64,000 nucleotides of DNA from Cyclobacteriaceae bacterium (GCA_035493595.1 DATJHZ010000195.1:5664-69663), one strand, 5' to 3'. Shown: positions 26,911 to 36,184, counted from the stretch's first letter. Program-made: numbers and translations. The notes: generated by a model not told the origin, from the sequence alone.

Positions 26911-28899
26911 GTGAATTCTCAAATAGCTGCCGTTAAAAACTATTGCAATAGCCTGGTTCAGTACAGTCGCCGTAAAACCGTTGAAGTGAAGATTGGTGAT
27001 GTGGCCATGGGTGGAAATAATCCTATTCGTGTTCAATCCATGACAACTATCGATACCATGGACACGATGGGTTCGGTTGAACAAACTATACGCATGGTGG
27101 AAGCAGGCTGCGAATATGTACGCATCACTGCACCAAGTATCAAAGAAGCACAAAATCTTGAAGCGATAAAGAAAGAACTTCGCTTGCGCGGATATAACGT
27201 TCCACTTGTAGCCGATATCCATTTCACACCCAATGCTGCCGAACTTGCCGCACGACTTGTTGAAAAAGTACGCATCAATCCGGGCAACTATGCCGATAAA
27301 AAAAGATTTGAAGAAATAGAATATACAGATGCTTCATACGAAGCTGAACTTGAACGCATCCGCCTGAAGTTTACACCACTGATCAAGATTTGCAAAGAGT
27401 ATGGAACAGCCATGCGCATTGGTACAAATCATGGTTCATTGTCAGATAGAATCTTAAGTCGCTATGGTGATACACCACTTGGCATGGTGGAATCTGCGTT
27501 AGAGTTTCTTCGCATTTGTGAAGATCTTCAGTATTACAATATTGTGTTGTCGATGAAATCAAGTAACCCGCAAGTGATGGTTCAGGCTTATCGGTTGCTG
27601 GTTCATAAACTTGATGTTGAAGGATTCAAACCCTATCCGTTACACCTCGGTGTTACAGAAGCTGGTGATGGAGAAGATGGTCGTATTAAATCAGCAGTCG
27701 GCATTGGTACATTACTTGAAGATGGTTTAGGTGATACAGTACGTGTATCACTCACAGAAGAACCAGAAGCTGAAGCACCGGTAGCACAAGTAATGGTTGA
27801 TCGTTATAATGATCGTGAAAATCACAAGAGCATCAAGTCGATTGAAGAATCTCCGATAGATCCTTTTGCTTATACACGTCGTGTTTCGCGTGAAGTTGTA
27901 AATATTGGTGGCAGCCATCACGTGCCTCGTGTTATTGCAGACTTAAGCTCCATTGAGATTAATGATTATAAAGACTTACGTTGCATTGGTCATTTCTATC
28001 TGCCCGAGCCTGACAAATGGCGCATGAATGATCAAGGTGCTGATTACATTTACAGTGGCAAGAAGCCTATCGATTTCATGTTACCCAATGGGTTAAAGGA
28101 AATCAGAGATTATGATGTATGGCTGAAGAGCGAGGATAAAGTAAACAAGCTTCCTTTATTCACGAAAGAAAATTATTTCAAATCATCATCACGACATGGT
28201 GCTATCAACTTCATTCAATTTTCGATCGATGATCTTGATGATGCTTTATTAAATGTTTTGCGAGAAGATAAAACACTCATCGCCATTGTTGAAACAGACA
28301 ATGCTCATGCTATGGCAGAGTTGAGAAGATTATTTTTTGATTTGGTTACACGCAAAATTGATGTGCCCGTAATTGTTTCCAGAAAATATAAAGTGGAAGA
28401 GGAAGACAGCTTCCGCATTTATGCTGCTACTGATGCCGGTGGATTATTTATCGATGGCTTTGGTGATGGCATCATGTTAGGTTTTGAAAATGTCACTGAT
28501 AAAAATGAACAATTGCGTTGGGCTGATATCAGCAACAAAACTGCTTTTGGAATTTTGCAGGCCACACGTAATCGCATGTCGAAGACAGAGTATATTTCAT
28601 GTCCGTCATGTGGAAGAACACTCTTTGACTTGCAGGAAACCACGGCCATGATACGCAAACGCACTGATCACTTAAAAGGAGTGAAGATTGGTATTATGGG
28701 TTGCATCGTTAACGGTCCTGGCGAAATGGCCGATGCTGATTATGGCTATGTTGGTTCAGGTCCCGGACGAATAACGTTGTATCGCGGCAAAGAAGTGGTA
28801 AAGAAAAATGTTCCATCCGTAAATGCTGTTGATGAATTAATAGGACTGATACGCGAAGATGGAAGCTGGATTGAGCCTGAGCTCATTGAAAAATTTTAA
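26911..28899 (+). CDS. ispG: 4-hydroxy-3-methylbut-2-en-1-yl diphosphate synthase, long form with inserted domain
   Basis: GcpE motifs (VQSMT, ADIHF, RINPGN, GVTEAG). C-terminal Fe-S Cys motifs (CPSCGRT, GCIVNGPGE). About 660 aa. Confidence 0.9.
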   Translation: MNSQIAAVKNYCNSLVQYSRRKTVEVKIGDVAMGGNNPIRVQSMTTIDTMDTMGSVEQTIRMVEAGCEYVRITAPSIKEAQNLEAIKKELRLRGYNVPLVADIHFTPNAAELAARLVEKVRINPGNYADKKRFEEIEYTDASYEAELERIRLKFTPLIKICKEYGTAMRIGTNHGSLSDRILSRYGDTPLGMVESALEFLRICEDLQYYNIVLSMKSSNPQVMVQAYRLLVHKLDVEGFKPYPLHLGVTEAGDGEDGRIKSAVGIGTLLEDGLGDTVRVSLTEEPEAEAPVAQVMVDRYNDRENHKSIKSIEESPIDPFAYTRRVSREVVNIGGSHHVPRVIADLSSIEINDYKDLRCIGHFYLPEPDKWRMNDQGADYIYSGKKPIDFMLPNGLKEIRDYDVWLKSEDKVNKLPLFTKENYFKSSSRHGAINFIQFSIDDLDDALLNVLREDKTLIAIVETDNAHAMAELRRLFFDLVTRKIDVPVIVSRKYKVEEEDSFRIYAATDAGGLFIDGFGDGIMLGFENVTDKNEQLRWADISNKTAFGILQATRNRMSKTEYISCPSCGRTLFDLQETTAMIRKRTDHLKGVKIGIMGCIVNGPGEMADADYGYVGSGPGRITLYRGKEVVKKNVPSVNAVDELIGLIREDGSWIEPELIEKF

Positions 28900-28901
28900 A
28901 C

Positions 28902-29129
28902 ATGAATAGTATGGCAGAGCAACAAGATTTGAATAAAACTGAACAGAACAAGAAGAATTCCTTTTTGGATTACTTCAGAGTAAATGAAGTGTTTGGATAT
29001 TTCTTTCGTTCAAAAGATCCGTCGCGTCCAAGCAATATCAACATTAAAATGATGCATGGTGTGAATAAGATCTCCATCATTGTATTTCTGCTTGGCGTTA
29101 TCTATCTCATCATTAAACGATTTCTCTGA
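28902..29129 (+). CDS. Small tail-anchored membrane protein
   Basis: 75 aa with a single C-terminal TM segment. Starts 2 nt after the ispG stop. Confidence 0.5.
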   Translation: MNSMAEQQDLNKTEQNKKNSFLDYFRVNEVFGYFFRSKDPSRPSNINIKMMHGVNKISIIVFLLGVIYLIIKRFL

Positions 29130-29483
29130 GTGAATATAGAGGGCTATCGCAATTATTGTCTCAAAAAGAAAGGTGTTACCGAAGAGTTTCCTTTTGATGA
29201 GAGTACACTTGTATTTAAGGTTATGGGCAAGATCTTTGCCCTCACCGGTGTTGAAAATTTTGCCAGCATTAACCTGAAGGTTGATCCGGAAATAGGGGCG
29301 GAGCTTCGTGAGCAGTACACATCTGTTAAACCCGGTTATCACATGAATAAAAAGCACTGGATAACGGTGGTGATTGATGGCTCCATTCCTGATAAGCTGG
29401 TGCTTCAATGGACAGATAATTCTTATCAATTAGTAGTTTCGGCACTCACTAAAAGCCAAAAAACAGCGTTAGATGCTATGTAA
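29130..29483 (+). CDS. MmcQ/YjbR-family DNA-binding protein
   Basis: YjbR pattern (YCLKKKGVTEEFPFDE, VFKVMGKIFAL, HMNKKHWITV). GTG start. Confidence 0.75.
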   Translation: MNIEGYRNYCLKKKGVTEEFPFDESTLVFKVMGKIFALTGVENFASINLKVDPEIGAELREQYTSVKPGYHMNKKHWITVVIDGSIPDKLVLQWTDNSYQLVVSALTKSQKTALDAM

Positions 29484-29542
29484 AATCGACCTTATGACCT
29501 TTATAAAGGCCTCTGGATTAGGATACTTATGCCTATTTTCTT

Positions 29543-29550
29543 TATTTTTG
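29543..29550 (+). promoter_or_regulatory. Candidate -7 box (TATTTTTG)
   Basis: Exact TAnnTTTG match 18 nt upstream of the ATG at 29568. Confidence 0.3.
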
Positions 29551-29567
29551 CTTGATTACCCCTATCC

Positions 29568-30524
29568 ATGGCAAGGGCTTTAGCTGTCATTTTACTATTC
29601 TGTATTGCATTGGGCGCTTGTACCCAACGCCTGATATGCCCTGCTTATCAGAGCGCCTTTATTTATGATAAAGAGGCTTTGCGGAAGAAATTCAGCTATT
29701 TTGTTGATGATTCAACACCTAAAATTCTCACGGCAAGCAAGACTAAATACCTGATTGCCCAACCAACATCATACTCCAGGAAAATACGCAGTTTGCAAAC
29801 TGTTGAAATGAAGCCAGTTTTTCCGGTAGTACCTGATTCTCTTCGCGATGATTATGTAGTTTCAAAAGCGGAGCTTGACTCAGCCGCACGATCCATTATA
29901 GATAGCACCTACATTGTTGATGTTCCTCAGAAAAACGACAGCACCCAAAGTGCTGAGGACAGTGTTTACGTTATCACGAAAGATAAAGAGGTACGATTGC
30001 TCAAGTACGATCCGGATAGCATGAAATACTCCGTTGTAGATGTGCGTCTGAATGTAGACCAGGATAATTACATGTGGTATCTGCGTGCTAACCTGGTGTT
30101 ACCAGATGTTAAGCTGGCTAAGCAACAAGGCGAGAAAGAAGCCCGCGAAGAAAAGCAAAAATCTAAAAAAGGATTCTTTGGATTCTTTAAGAACCTCTTC
30201 AAAAAGAAGAAGAAAGAAAAAGTTGACACAACAACGGTGGTGCCAGTGAAGGGTGAGCATGACTTTGACTATGTAGACACCACAGCCGTTAAGCCTGTAG
30301 CTAAGCAGGAAACTGTGAAGAAGAAAAAGGGATTATTCTCCATATTCTCTCGCAAGAACAAGAAGGAAAAGGTGGCTCCTGACAATTCTAAAGCCGTTAA
30401 AGAGGAAGATGCTGTAGCACCTGAGGAAAAACCAAAGAAGAAAAAGAAGAAGAAAAATTCTGACGAACCTACAGAGCAGACTGATCCTAACAAGCCCGAA
30501 GAGAAGAAAGACGATGGCTTTTAA
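29568..30524 (+). CDS. Lipoprotein with a Lys/Glu-rich low-complexity C-terminal half
   Basis: Lipobox LGAC. The C-terminal ~130 aa are dominated by K, E and KKKK runs. Confidence 0.55.
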   Translation: MARALAVILLFCIALGACTQRLICPAYQSAFIYDKEALRKKFSYFVDDSTPKILTASKTKYLIAQPTSYSRKIRSLQTVEMKPVFPVVPDSLRDDYVVSKAELDSAARSIIDSTYIVDVPQKNDSTQSAEDSVYVITKDKEVRLLKYDPDSMKYSVVDVRLNVDQDNYMWYLRANLVLPDVKLAKQQGEKEAREEKQKSKKGFFGFFKNLFKKKKKEKVDTTTVVPVKGEHDFDYVDTTAVKPVAKQETVKKKKGLFSIFSRKNKKEKVAPDNSKAVKEEDAVAPEEKPKKKKKKKNSDEPTEQTDPNKPEEKKDDGF

Positions 30525-30635
30525 CAATCTCTAAAATTATTGATTCTTATAGCAGTTATATTAATTTCTATACGAGCAGTTCTAAGCCTGAAGGGCTGAC
30601 ATGATTATAGAAGAGGAAATTAATAAAATGCTCAA

Positions 30636-30648
30636 ACCCCGAAGGGGT
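30636..30648. terminator. Short GC stem-loop between convergent genes
   Basis: ACCCC-GAA-GGGGT followed by a T-rich stretch. Confidence 0.35.
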
Positions 30649-30669
30649 GATATATTTTCTCCAATAGAA

Positions 30670-31371
30670 TTAATCAAAGAGCGTAAGATTACCGAACTGA
30701 TCGGATGGAGGTGTTGGTGTAATCAACGAAGGCACATCAACATTGGGATCATTAATGCGTGGTGAAACCGGATAATAGTTTAGTGTTAGCGGCAAATTGT
30801 GTTGCAACAATTCAAACAATTCGCTTTCCGTGGCATCTTTGTTAAGCCAGGCCAGCTCGGCAGATCGATCAAAGATCACAGGCATCCGATCTTGTACCGT
30901 TGATACCAGTTCGTTAGCAGCCGTGGTGAAGATGGTGAATGTATGCATCATCTCTTTTCCCTCCACATCTTCATATTCCTCCCATAATCCTGGGAAAGAA
31001 AATATACTATTGCTTGTGGTAACAAAACGATAAGGTATGCTGGTTTTCTTACCAACCTTCTTCCATCCATAAAAACTATCGGCTGGCACAATGCAACGTG
31101 TTTTTGCTAGTGACTTTCGAAGAGCTAACTTTTCTGAAAGACTTTCAATTCTCACGTTAATGAGTTTCTCTCCAGGTGTTTTATTTTTTGCCCAACCTGG
31201 CGTTTCGCCCCAATAAAATGTTGAGATGCCATTGGGACTTGTATTGGTAATTACCGGTAAAAGTTTTGTGGGAGCAGCATTATAAGAGGGTGCATAGTAT
31301 GCAGGTACTTCTACTCCAAAACGTTCTTTAAGAGTAAGAGGAGAAGAAGTTATACTATAACGCTCGATCAT
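30670..31371 (-). CDS. SRAP (SOS response-associated peptidase / YedK-HMCES) family protein with substituted catalytic residues
   Basis: Family motifs are retained (YNAAP, WGETPGW, INVRIES, RCIVPADSFYGW, DRMPVIF, YPVSPRIN). The N-terminus is MIERY rather than MCGR. Confidence 0.75.
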   Translation of the reverse strand: MIERYSITSSPLTLKERFGVEVPAYYAPSYNAAPTKLLPVITNTSPNGISTFYWGETPGWAKNKTPGEKLINVRIESLSEKLALRKSLAKTRCIVPADSFYGWKKVGKKTSIPYRFVTTSNSIFSFPGLWEEYEDVEGKEMMHTFTIFTTAANELVSTVQDRMPVIFDRSAELAWLNKDATESELFELLQHNLPLTLNYYPVSPRINDPNVDVPSLITPTPPSDQFGNLTLFD

Positions 31372-31372
31372 T

Positions 31373-31410
31373 GGTGATTTTAAAACGAGTACGATTTACG
31401 ATTTTTAAGC
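31373..31410. repeat. TACGA-type short periodic repeat containing ATTTACGATT
   Basis: ACGA at 31385, 31391 and 31398. The 10-mer ATTTACGATT at 31394-31403 recurs at 35888-35897 and, reverse-complemented, at 42750-42759. Confidence 0.55.
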
Positions 31411-31458
31411 TTCTTATGAAAGATTCTTTAAAGAAGTCGACTTAATAAAGATGAAGTC

Positions 31459-32391
31459 CTAGCGAATGAAGTCGAGCGCCCGCTGTTCTGACCAGTACAA
31501 GCCTGTATTGTTTAGCTGGGCAAAGCCAACGTGGCCCCCTCTTTCGGGAGTTTCCAGAACCACAGTTCTATGATTCTTTACCTGGTCAAACGGGTAGCAT
31601 TCTCTGCTAAGAAAAGGATCGTTCAGTGCTGTAAGAATTAAGGTCGGAATCTGAATGTTGTGTACATAATGAACAGAGCTGCATTGATTGTAATAATCAT
31701 AAGCATCGCTAAACCCATGAAGAGGTGCCGTATATCGATCATCAAAATCTTTTAAAGTTGTGATCGATTCTATCCCATTTATATCAAGGCCTTCCATCAA
31801 CTTTGACTTGGCAATGATTTTATTCTTAAGGCTTTTTAGAAACCTGTCGTGATAGATTTTGTTAGCAGGTGTAGAGAGCTTTTCGCAACCAGTCTTCAAT
31901 TCCATCGGCACAGAAATGGCGACAGCTTTTTTAAGTAATTCAGATCGGTTTCTGTCTTCACCCAGATACTTCAGCGTGATGTTTCCCCCCAGACTAAAAC
32001 CAATAAGGTTAATGGAATTATATTTTGATTGTATGGCGTGATTGATAACAACATCCAGGTCATCCGTTGCGCCACTGTGGTAAAACCGAAGCTGCTTGTT
32101 CATCTCACTTGCACAGCCACGATAATTCCAGGCCATGACGTCGAATCCTTTTTCGAAAAAAGCTTTAGCCATGCCTCTTATGTAAGGACGATCACTGCTG
32201 CCTTCTAATCCATGAGAGATGATGACTACCTTATCCGAACTCTGCGAGCTTGAACTTACTTCAAGCCAATCATTATCAGGTGTTGTAATTCTTTCCGTTT
32301 GCTGAAAAGTAAAATTTACTTTTCTTAACAACGACGGGTAAATCGTTTCAAGGTGTTTATTGAAAAGAAAGAATGGTGGTTTGTATACCAT
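31459..32391 (-). CDS. Alpha/beta hydrolase (YheT-like)
   Basis: HGLEGSS and nucleophile elbow GFSLGGN. 310 aa. Confidence 0.8.
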   Translation of the reverse strand: MVYKPPFFLFNKHLETIYPSLLRKVNFTFQQTERITTPDNDWLEVSSSSQSSDKVVIISHGLEGSSDRPYIRGMAKAFFEKGFDVMAWNYRGCASEMNKQLRFYHSGATDDLDVVINHAIQSKYNSINLIGFSLGGNITLKYLGEDRNRSELLKKAVAISVPMELKTGCEKLSTPANKIYHDRFLKSLKNKIIAKSKLMEGLDINGIESITTLKDFDDRYTAPLHGFSDAYDYYNQCSSVHYVHNIQIPTLILTALNDPFLSRECYPFDQVKNHRTVVLETPERGGHVGFAQLNNTGLYWSEQRALDFIR

Positions 32392-32918
32392 TATTGCTTC
32401 TGAGCAACAATTTGAATGTGGCCCAGATGATGTTCGCCATGCCAGGCATAAGTAGCAATTAGTCGAGCCAATGAAACACGTTTCATGGTATCAGGATGAA
32501 TAAATTCTTTACTCATATCCTCTGGCTTAAGACTTTTTAACAGCGTGATCCACTTGGTGTGAAGTGCTTTTAAAAGTATAATGGAAAGGGTAGGATCAAG
32601 TTTGGTCTCAGGTGTTTCTGCCCAGGCTTTTTCATTGTAAGCCTTGATCATAGGTGTGTTCTCTGTGAGCGTCCACTTAAAACGGATGAAGGCATTCAGG
32701 TGACTATCGGCTAAATGATGTAAAACCTGTCTGATATTCCATCCACCTTCACGGTATGGTGTTTCTAATTGGGCAGCTGAAAGATTTTTAAATGCCTCTT
32801 CAACTTTAGACGGAAGACTTTCAATACGGCTTATATTCAAATTGATTTCGTCAAGGGTATAAGAGTCCTGGGGTGTAAACTTACCCGTGGGATACCGAAG
32901 AGCATCGTCGTTATTCAT
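32391..32918 (-). CDS. DinB/YfiT-family metal-dependent hydrolase (bacillithiol-transferase-like)
   Basis: His motifs HHLADSH and HGEHHLGH. The start is taken at MNNDD (32918), an 8-nt overlap with the TerC stop. Confidence 0.8.
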   Translation of the reverse strand: MNNDDALRYPTGKFTPQDSYTLDEINLNISRIESLPSKVEEAFKNLSAAQLETPYREGGWNIRQVLHHLADSHLNAFIRFKWTLTENTPMIKAYNEKAWAETPETKLDPTLSIILLKALHTKWITLLKSLKPEDMSKEFIHPDTMKRVSLARLIATYAWHGEHHLGHIQIVAQKQ

Positions 32919-33672
32919 GAGCTTCCTCTTTAGCTTTTTTGCGCCTGTTTCGAACCCGGATGTTGACCATCTCAATAATCATTGAGAATACAATAGCGAA
33001 GTAGATATAGCCTTTCGGTACTTCTTTGTGAAGGCCTTCCAGGAAGAGCATAAAACCAATTAAAATCAAGAACCCTAATGCCAGCACTTCCATTGACGGA
33101 TGCTTATGAATAAAGTCACTAATAGCACCTGAGAAAATAATCATGATACCAATAGACAGGATAACAGCAATAATCATAATGATCACATGATCTGTTAGTC
33201 CGACGGCTGTTAAGATAGAGTCAAACGAGAAAATAATATCAAGTAGAATAATCTGTATGATGATGCCTGATACATTCACTTTGGAACCGCCACCTCCGCC
33301 TTCCATCTTTTCTTCTTCACCCTCCATTTCATGGTTTATCTCGCGGGTACTTTTAGCAATAAGAAAAAGACCCCCAAAGATGAGGATAAGATCACGACCA
33401 CTGACAGCAACGGAATCACCAAAAATAACAGTGCCAGGTATGGTGAACAGAGGCTCTTTGAATTTCATTACCCAGGTAATAGTGAGCAATAATAAGATCC
33501 GAACAAACATGGCCAATACAAGACCTATATTACGGGTCTTAGCCCTGATCTCGATCGGTAATTTATTAGAGACAATGGAGATGAAAATGATATTATCAAT
33601 CCCTAAAACAACTTCAAAAAAGGTAAGCGTAAGCAAGGCTAGCCATGTTTCAGCTTTAAGAAAGATTTCCAT
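32911..33672 (-). CDS. TerC-family integral membrane protein
   Basis: Multi-TM protein with TerC motifs (LGIDNIIFI, FSFDSILTAVG). Confidence 0.85.
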   Translation of the reverse strand: MEIFLKAETWLALLTLTFFEVVLGIDNIIFISIVSNKLPIEIRAKTRNIGLVLAMFVRILLLLTITWVMKFKEPLFTIPGTVIFGDSVAVSGRDLILIFGGLFLIAKSTREINHEMEGEEEKMEGGGGGSKVNVSGIIIQIILLDIIFSFDSILTAVGLTDHVIIMIIAVILSIGIMIIFSGAISDFIHKHPSMEVLALGFLILIGFMLFLEGLHKEVPKGYIYFAIVFSMIIEMVNIRVRNRRKKAKEEAHE

Positions 33673-33831
33673 TCAATGGGTTTAAGGGTTTTCAAACTTT
33701 AAAAATAGGATAATAATATTATCTGCCAAAGTCAGACGTAATAATATACAGGCAAAAAAACTTATGTTTAAACTGCTTTTTTTACGCAAAATAGTTACTT
33801 TAAAAACAACGGGTCTATACCTGTAATATGT

Positions 33832-34752
33832 TTATTTGCGTTTCGCTTTTGCTGTCATCAGCTTATTCATCTTAACAGCCATCTTTCCGCAAATGTAACC
33901 GATACCTAAGGCTAGCGGATAATCACCAGCCCAGTGCACGCCATTGTTAATCATGGCCAGACCTGTTACCCCAATTACGCTATAACCTACCGGTATGATC
34001 CATCGCTTCTCTGGGTAATTGCCTGCCAAAACTGTTACTGTAGCCATCATGGTTGCCAAATGCCCCGAAGGAAAAGCATCATGATGTGACACGGCCTTCT
34101 GATATTCCGATGGCTTTGTAAAAGGTCTCCATACACCGCCAGGTGCTGTTGATGCAGCCGGGCTTTCACGCCCCGCAACCCTTTTAAGAATCTGGCAGGT
34201 AATGCCAAGTGCTAACTGTGCTTGTAAAATCTGACTTGAGGTTTGGCGTGCCCGGTTATCTTTATAGGCAATCCCGTACAAAGACATGCCACCACAAAGC
34301 AACAAGCTTGTTGAACCTTCACCCAGGGAATAGAATACTGAGTTTAAATTTTGAGGTAGCTGGTAGGCATCGAAATGTGTTGAGCCCACATTAAAACCAA
34401 CCACAGTCTTGTATTTGTTTTCATTATCAAGACCTATGTAGCGGGAGAATCGCTTAACGCCATCGGTTATATCCTGGTCGCAGGCAATCAATACTAGTGT
34501 AGATGATGTGATAATTCCCCACGCCGGAATACTCTTTTTGCTAAATGATTCCTTTGCCGACCATGCCATTGTCTTTGGTAATTTTGTCACAAAAGCAAAA
34601 GGCCTTGGCTTGGTATATACAAATTCATCTGGCCGTGATGTTTGTGTTGAATCAACAACAGCAGTTTTTACTGTGTCGCTTATCTGACAAAAAGATACTG
34701 TACAGTTAATTAAAACGATAAGCAGTACTGCGTTGAGTTTTAAGAATTGCAT
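33832..34752 (-). CDS. PAP2-family phosphatase
   Basis: Motifs KRVAGRESP, PSGH, and HWAGD. The start is taken at MQFLKLN so as not to overlap the upstream ABM gene. Confidence 0.75.
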   Translation of the reverse strand: MQFLKLNAVLLIVLINCTVSFCQISDTVKTAVVDSTQTSRPDEFVYTKPRPFAFVTKLPKTMAWSAKESFSKKSIPAWGIITSSTLVLIACDQDITDGVKRFSRYIGLDNENKYKTVVGFNVGSTHFDAYQLPQNLNSVFYSLGEGSTSLLLCGGMSLYGIAYKDNRARQTSSQILQAQLALGITCQILKRVAGRESPAASTAPGGVWRPFTKPSEYQKAVSHHDAFPSGHLATMMATVTVLAGNYPEKRWIIPVGYSVIGVTGLAMINNGVHWAGDYPLALGIGYICGKMAVKMNKLMTAKAKRK

Positions 34753-34753
34753 T

Positions 34754-35047
34754 TTAAAGTTCGATGAATTTTTCAAGTGAATAGGCTTTTGATTTTTCAG
34801 CAAAAAGAATTTTAACATTGCTCCATACATGTTTAAATAATTCAGAGTTACGATAAGCTTCAAGGCTTTCTTCATTAATCCAGTAGCTTAGCGTAGTATA
34901 GAGATTGGGGTCTTTAAGATCTTTGAGAAGTTCAAGGTGAGTGCATCCTTTAAAATGACGTATAGATTGTTTGTTTTCATTGAAGATATTCAAAAAGGTT
35001 TCAACCTCTGATTCTTTAAAATGCATGCGTACAATTCGTATAATCAC
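34754..35047 (-). CDS. Antibiotic-biosynthesis-monooxygenase (ABM) domain protein
   Basis: 97-aa ferredoxin-like ABM pattern (IVRMHFKESEVETFLNIF ... YWINEESLEAY). Confidence 0.7.
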   Translation of the reverse strand: MIIRIVRMHFKESEVETFLNIFNENKQSIRHFKGCTHLELLKDLKDPNLYTTLSYWINEESLEAYRNSELFKHVWSNVKILFAEKSKAYSLEKFIEL

Positions 35048-35073
35048 ATCGTATTATTTTGATCTATTCTTCT

Positions 35074-35847
35074 CTACTCTTCGAAGGTAACGTTTACCAC
35101 ACTATCGTAAGAAAGTCCAAGAAGCTCAGACGCGTTTCCTTTATAAATTCCAATTTCCAGAACATTAAGACTATTGAATACAATAAAGCATTCGCCTTCT
35201 TCAGCCTGGTTATATTGGGTTTGAATGCGTCTGAATTTCTCACCACCAAATTGTATAGTAAACACTCTGCCCTGATTGAGTATTTCAAAAGCATCTTTGG
35301 GTATGTTGGTTATCAGATTGCCAAAGCTATCGACCCTTATAACACAGCCTGTAATTTGTTTCTTGGTAGCTTTCACCTGTCTGTCGATCATCTTCTTGAA
35401 TGATGGCATTGGTTTGCCCAGATCAGACAAGGAAACACCGCTGGCAATTTTCACGGCCACGGGAGCAAAGATATCGCGTTCAGGAAATGTAGTCTGAATA
35501 GAGTTTATGGAATTTAATACGATAAGGTTCTGATGGGTTTTATCGCTGATAAGTCCAATCAAGCCATTGTCACTGCCAACAAAAAAGTGATCCTCCAGTT
35601 GTACGGCAATGGGCATGTCGTTGCGGCTGCCTACAGAATCAACACCCACAATGTGTACTGTGCCTTTGGGGAAATCACGAAATACGGAGCGCAATACAAA
35701 TGCTGCATGTGCGATATCATTAGGCTTTATTTTATGACTGATGTCCTCTATCCTGATTCCGGGGTTGATACTGATAATACGGGCTTTGATCGCTGCTACG
35801 TAATGATCGCTTTCGCCAGAGTCAGTTAGCAGAGTTACGATAGCCAT
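35074..35847 (-). CDS. SAM hydrolase / SAM-dependent halogenase family protein (DUF62)
   Basis: N-terminal VTLLTDSGESDHYV plus GVDSVGS and FGNL motifs. Confidence 0.85.
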   Translation of the reverse strand: MAIVTLLTDSGESDHYVAAIKARIISINPGIRIEDISHKIKPNDIAHAAFVLRSVFRDFPKGTVHIVGVDSVGSRNDMPIAVQLEDHFFVGSDNGLIGLISDKTHQNLIVLNSINSIQTTFPERDIFAPVAVKIASGVSLSDLGKPMPSFKKMIDRQVKATKKQITGCVIRVDSFGNLITNIPKDAFEILNQGRVFTIQFGGEKFRRIQTQYNQAEEGECFIVFNSLNVLEIGIYKGNASELLGLSYDSVVNVTFEE

Positions 35848-36146
35848 GTTATGAAACGATCAGATAGAGTTCAAAATTTGGGACGAAATTTACGATTTTA
35901 CTTACAGGATACTAAGCCAGATGCATTGAATTAAACTTAAAGTTACCTGTAGCACACGCGGCAATGAGCATTTTGTTAAAATAGCAAGTGAGATGAAAGA
36001 TGCTGTCCGTATATTCACGTACCTGTCTGTACCGCAACCCGAAAATAAATGATGCGTTAAAACGGACAATTCTGAAACCGTATTGTTAAAATATTATGAT
36101 TGATCATTTGATGAAAATGACCTTTCAGAGGAACTTTTAAAATGAC

Positions 36147-36154
36147 TATTTTTG
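36147..36154 (+). promoter_or_regulatory. Candidate -7 box (TATTTTTG) upstream of phoH
   Basis: Exact TAnnTTTG match 31 nt upstream of the TTG start. Confidence 0.3.
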
Positions 36155-36184
36155 TATATATATCATTAACCAATTCATATTTCA

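Noticed and set aside
30269-30527. Two antisense ORFs encoding poly-Phe/Leu peptides.
   Set aside because: They are mirror images of the poly-Lys purine tracts in the lipoprotein gene on the + strand.
33257-33685. 142-aa plus-strand ORF, and the 139-aa ORF at 29010-29429.
   Set aside because: They are antisense to the TerC gene and the YjbR gene respectively, both of which have clear family motifs.
33673-33831. Possible yybP-ykoY (Mn) riboswitch upstream of the TerC-family gene.
   Set aside because: I read the minus-strand leader and found none of the conserved GGGGAGTAG-type or CTTGACA-type elements. The region is AT-rich with no matching helices.
33832-34875. Long N-terminal extensions given by the ORF track for PAP2 (34875), YfiT (32975), PorD-like (49234), BamD (51659), SDR (26085) and YdcF (44774).
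   Set aside because: The extensions overlap upstream genes or precede obvious signal peptide, lipobox or family N-termini. Internal Met starts give adjacent, non-overlapping genes.
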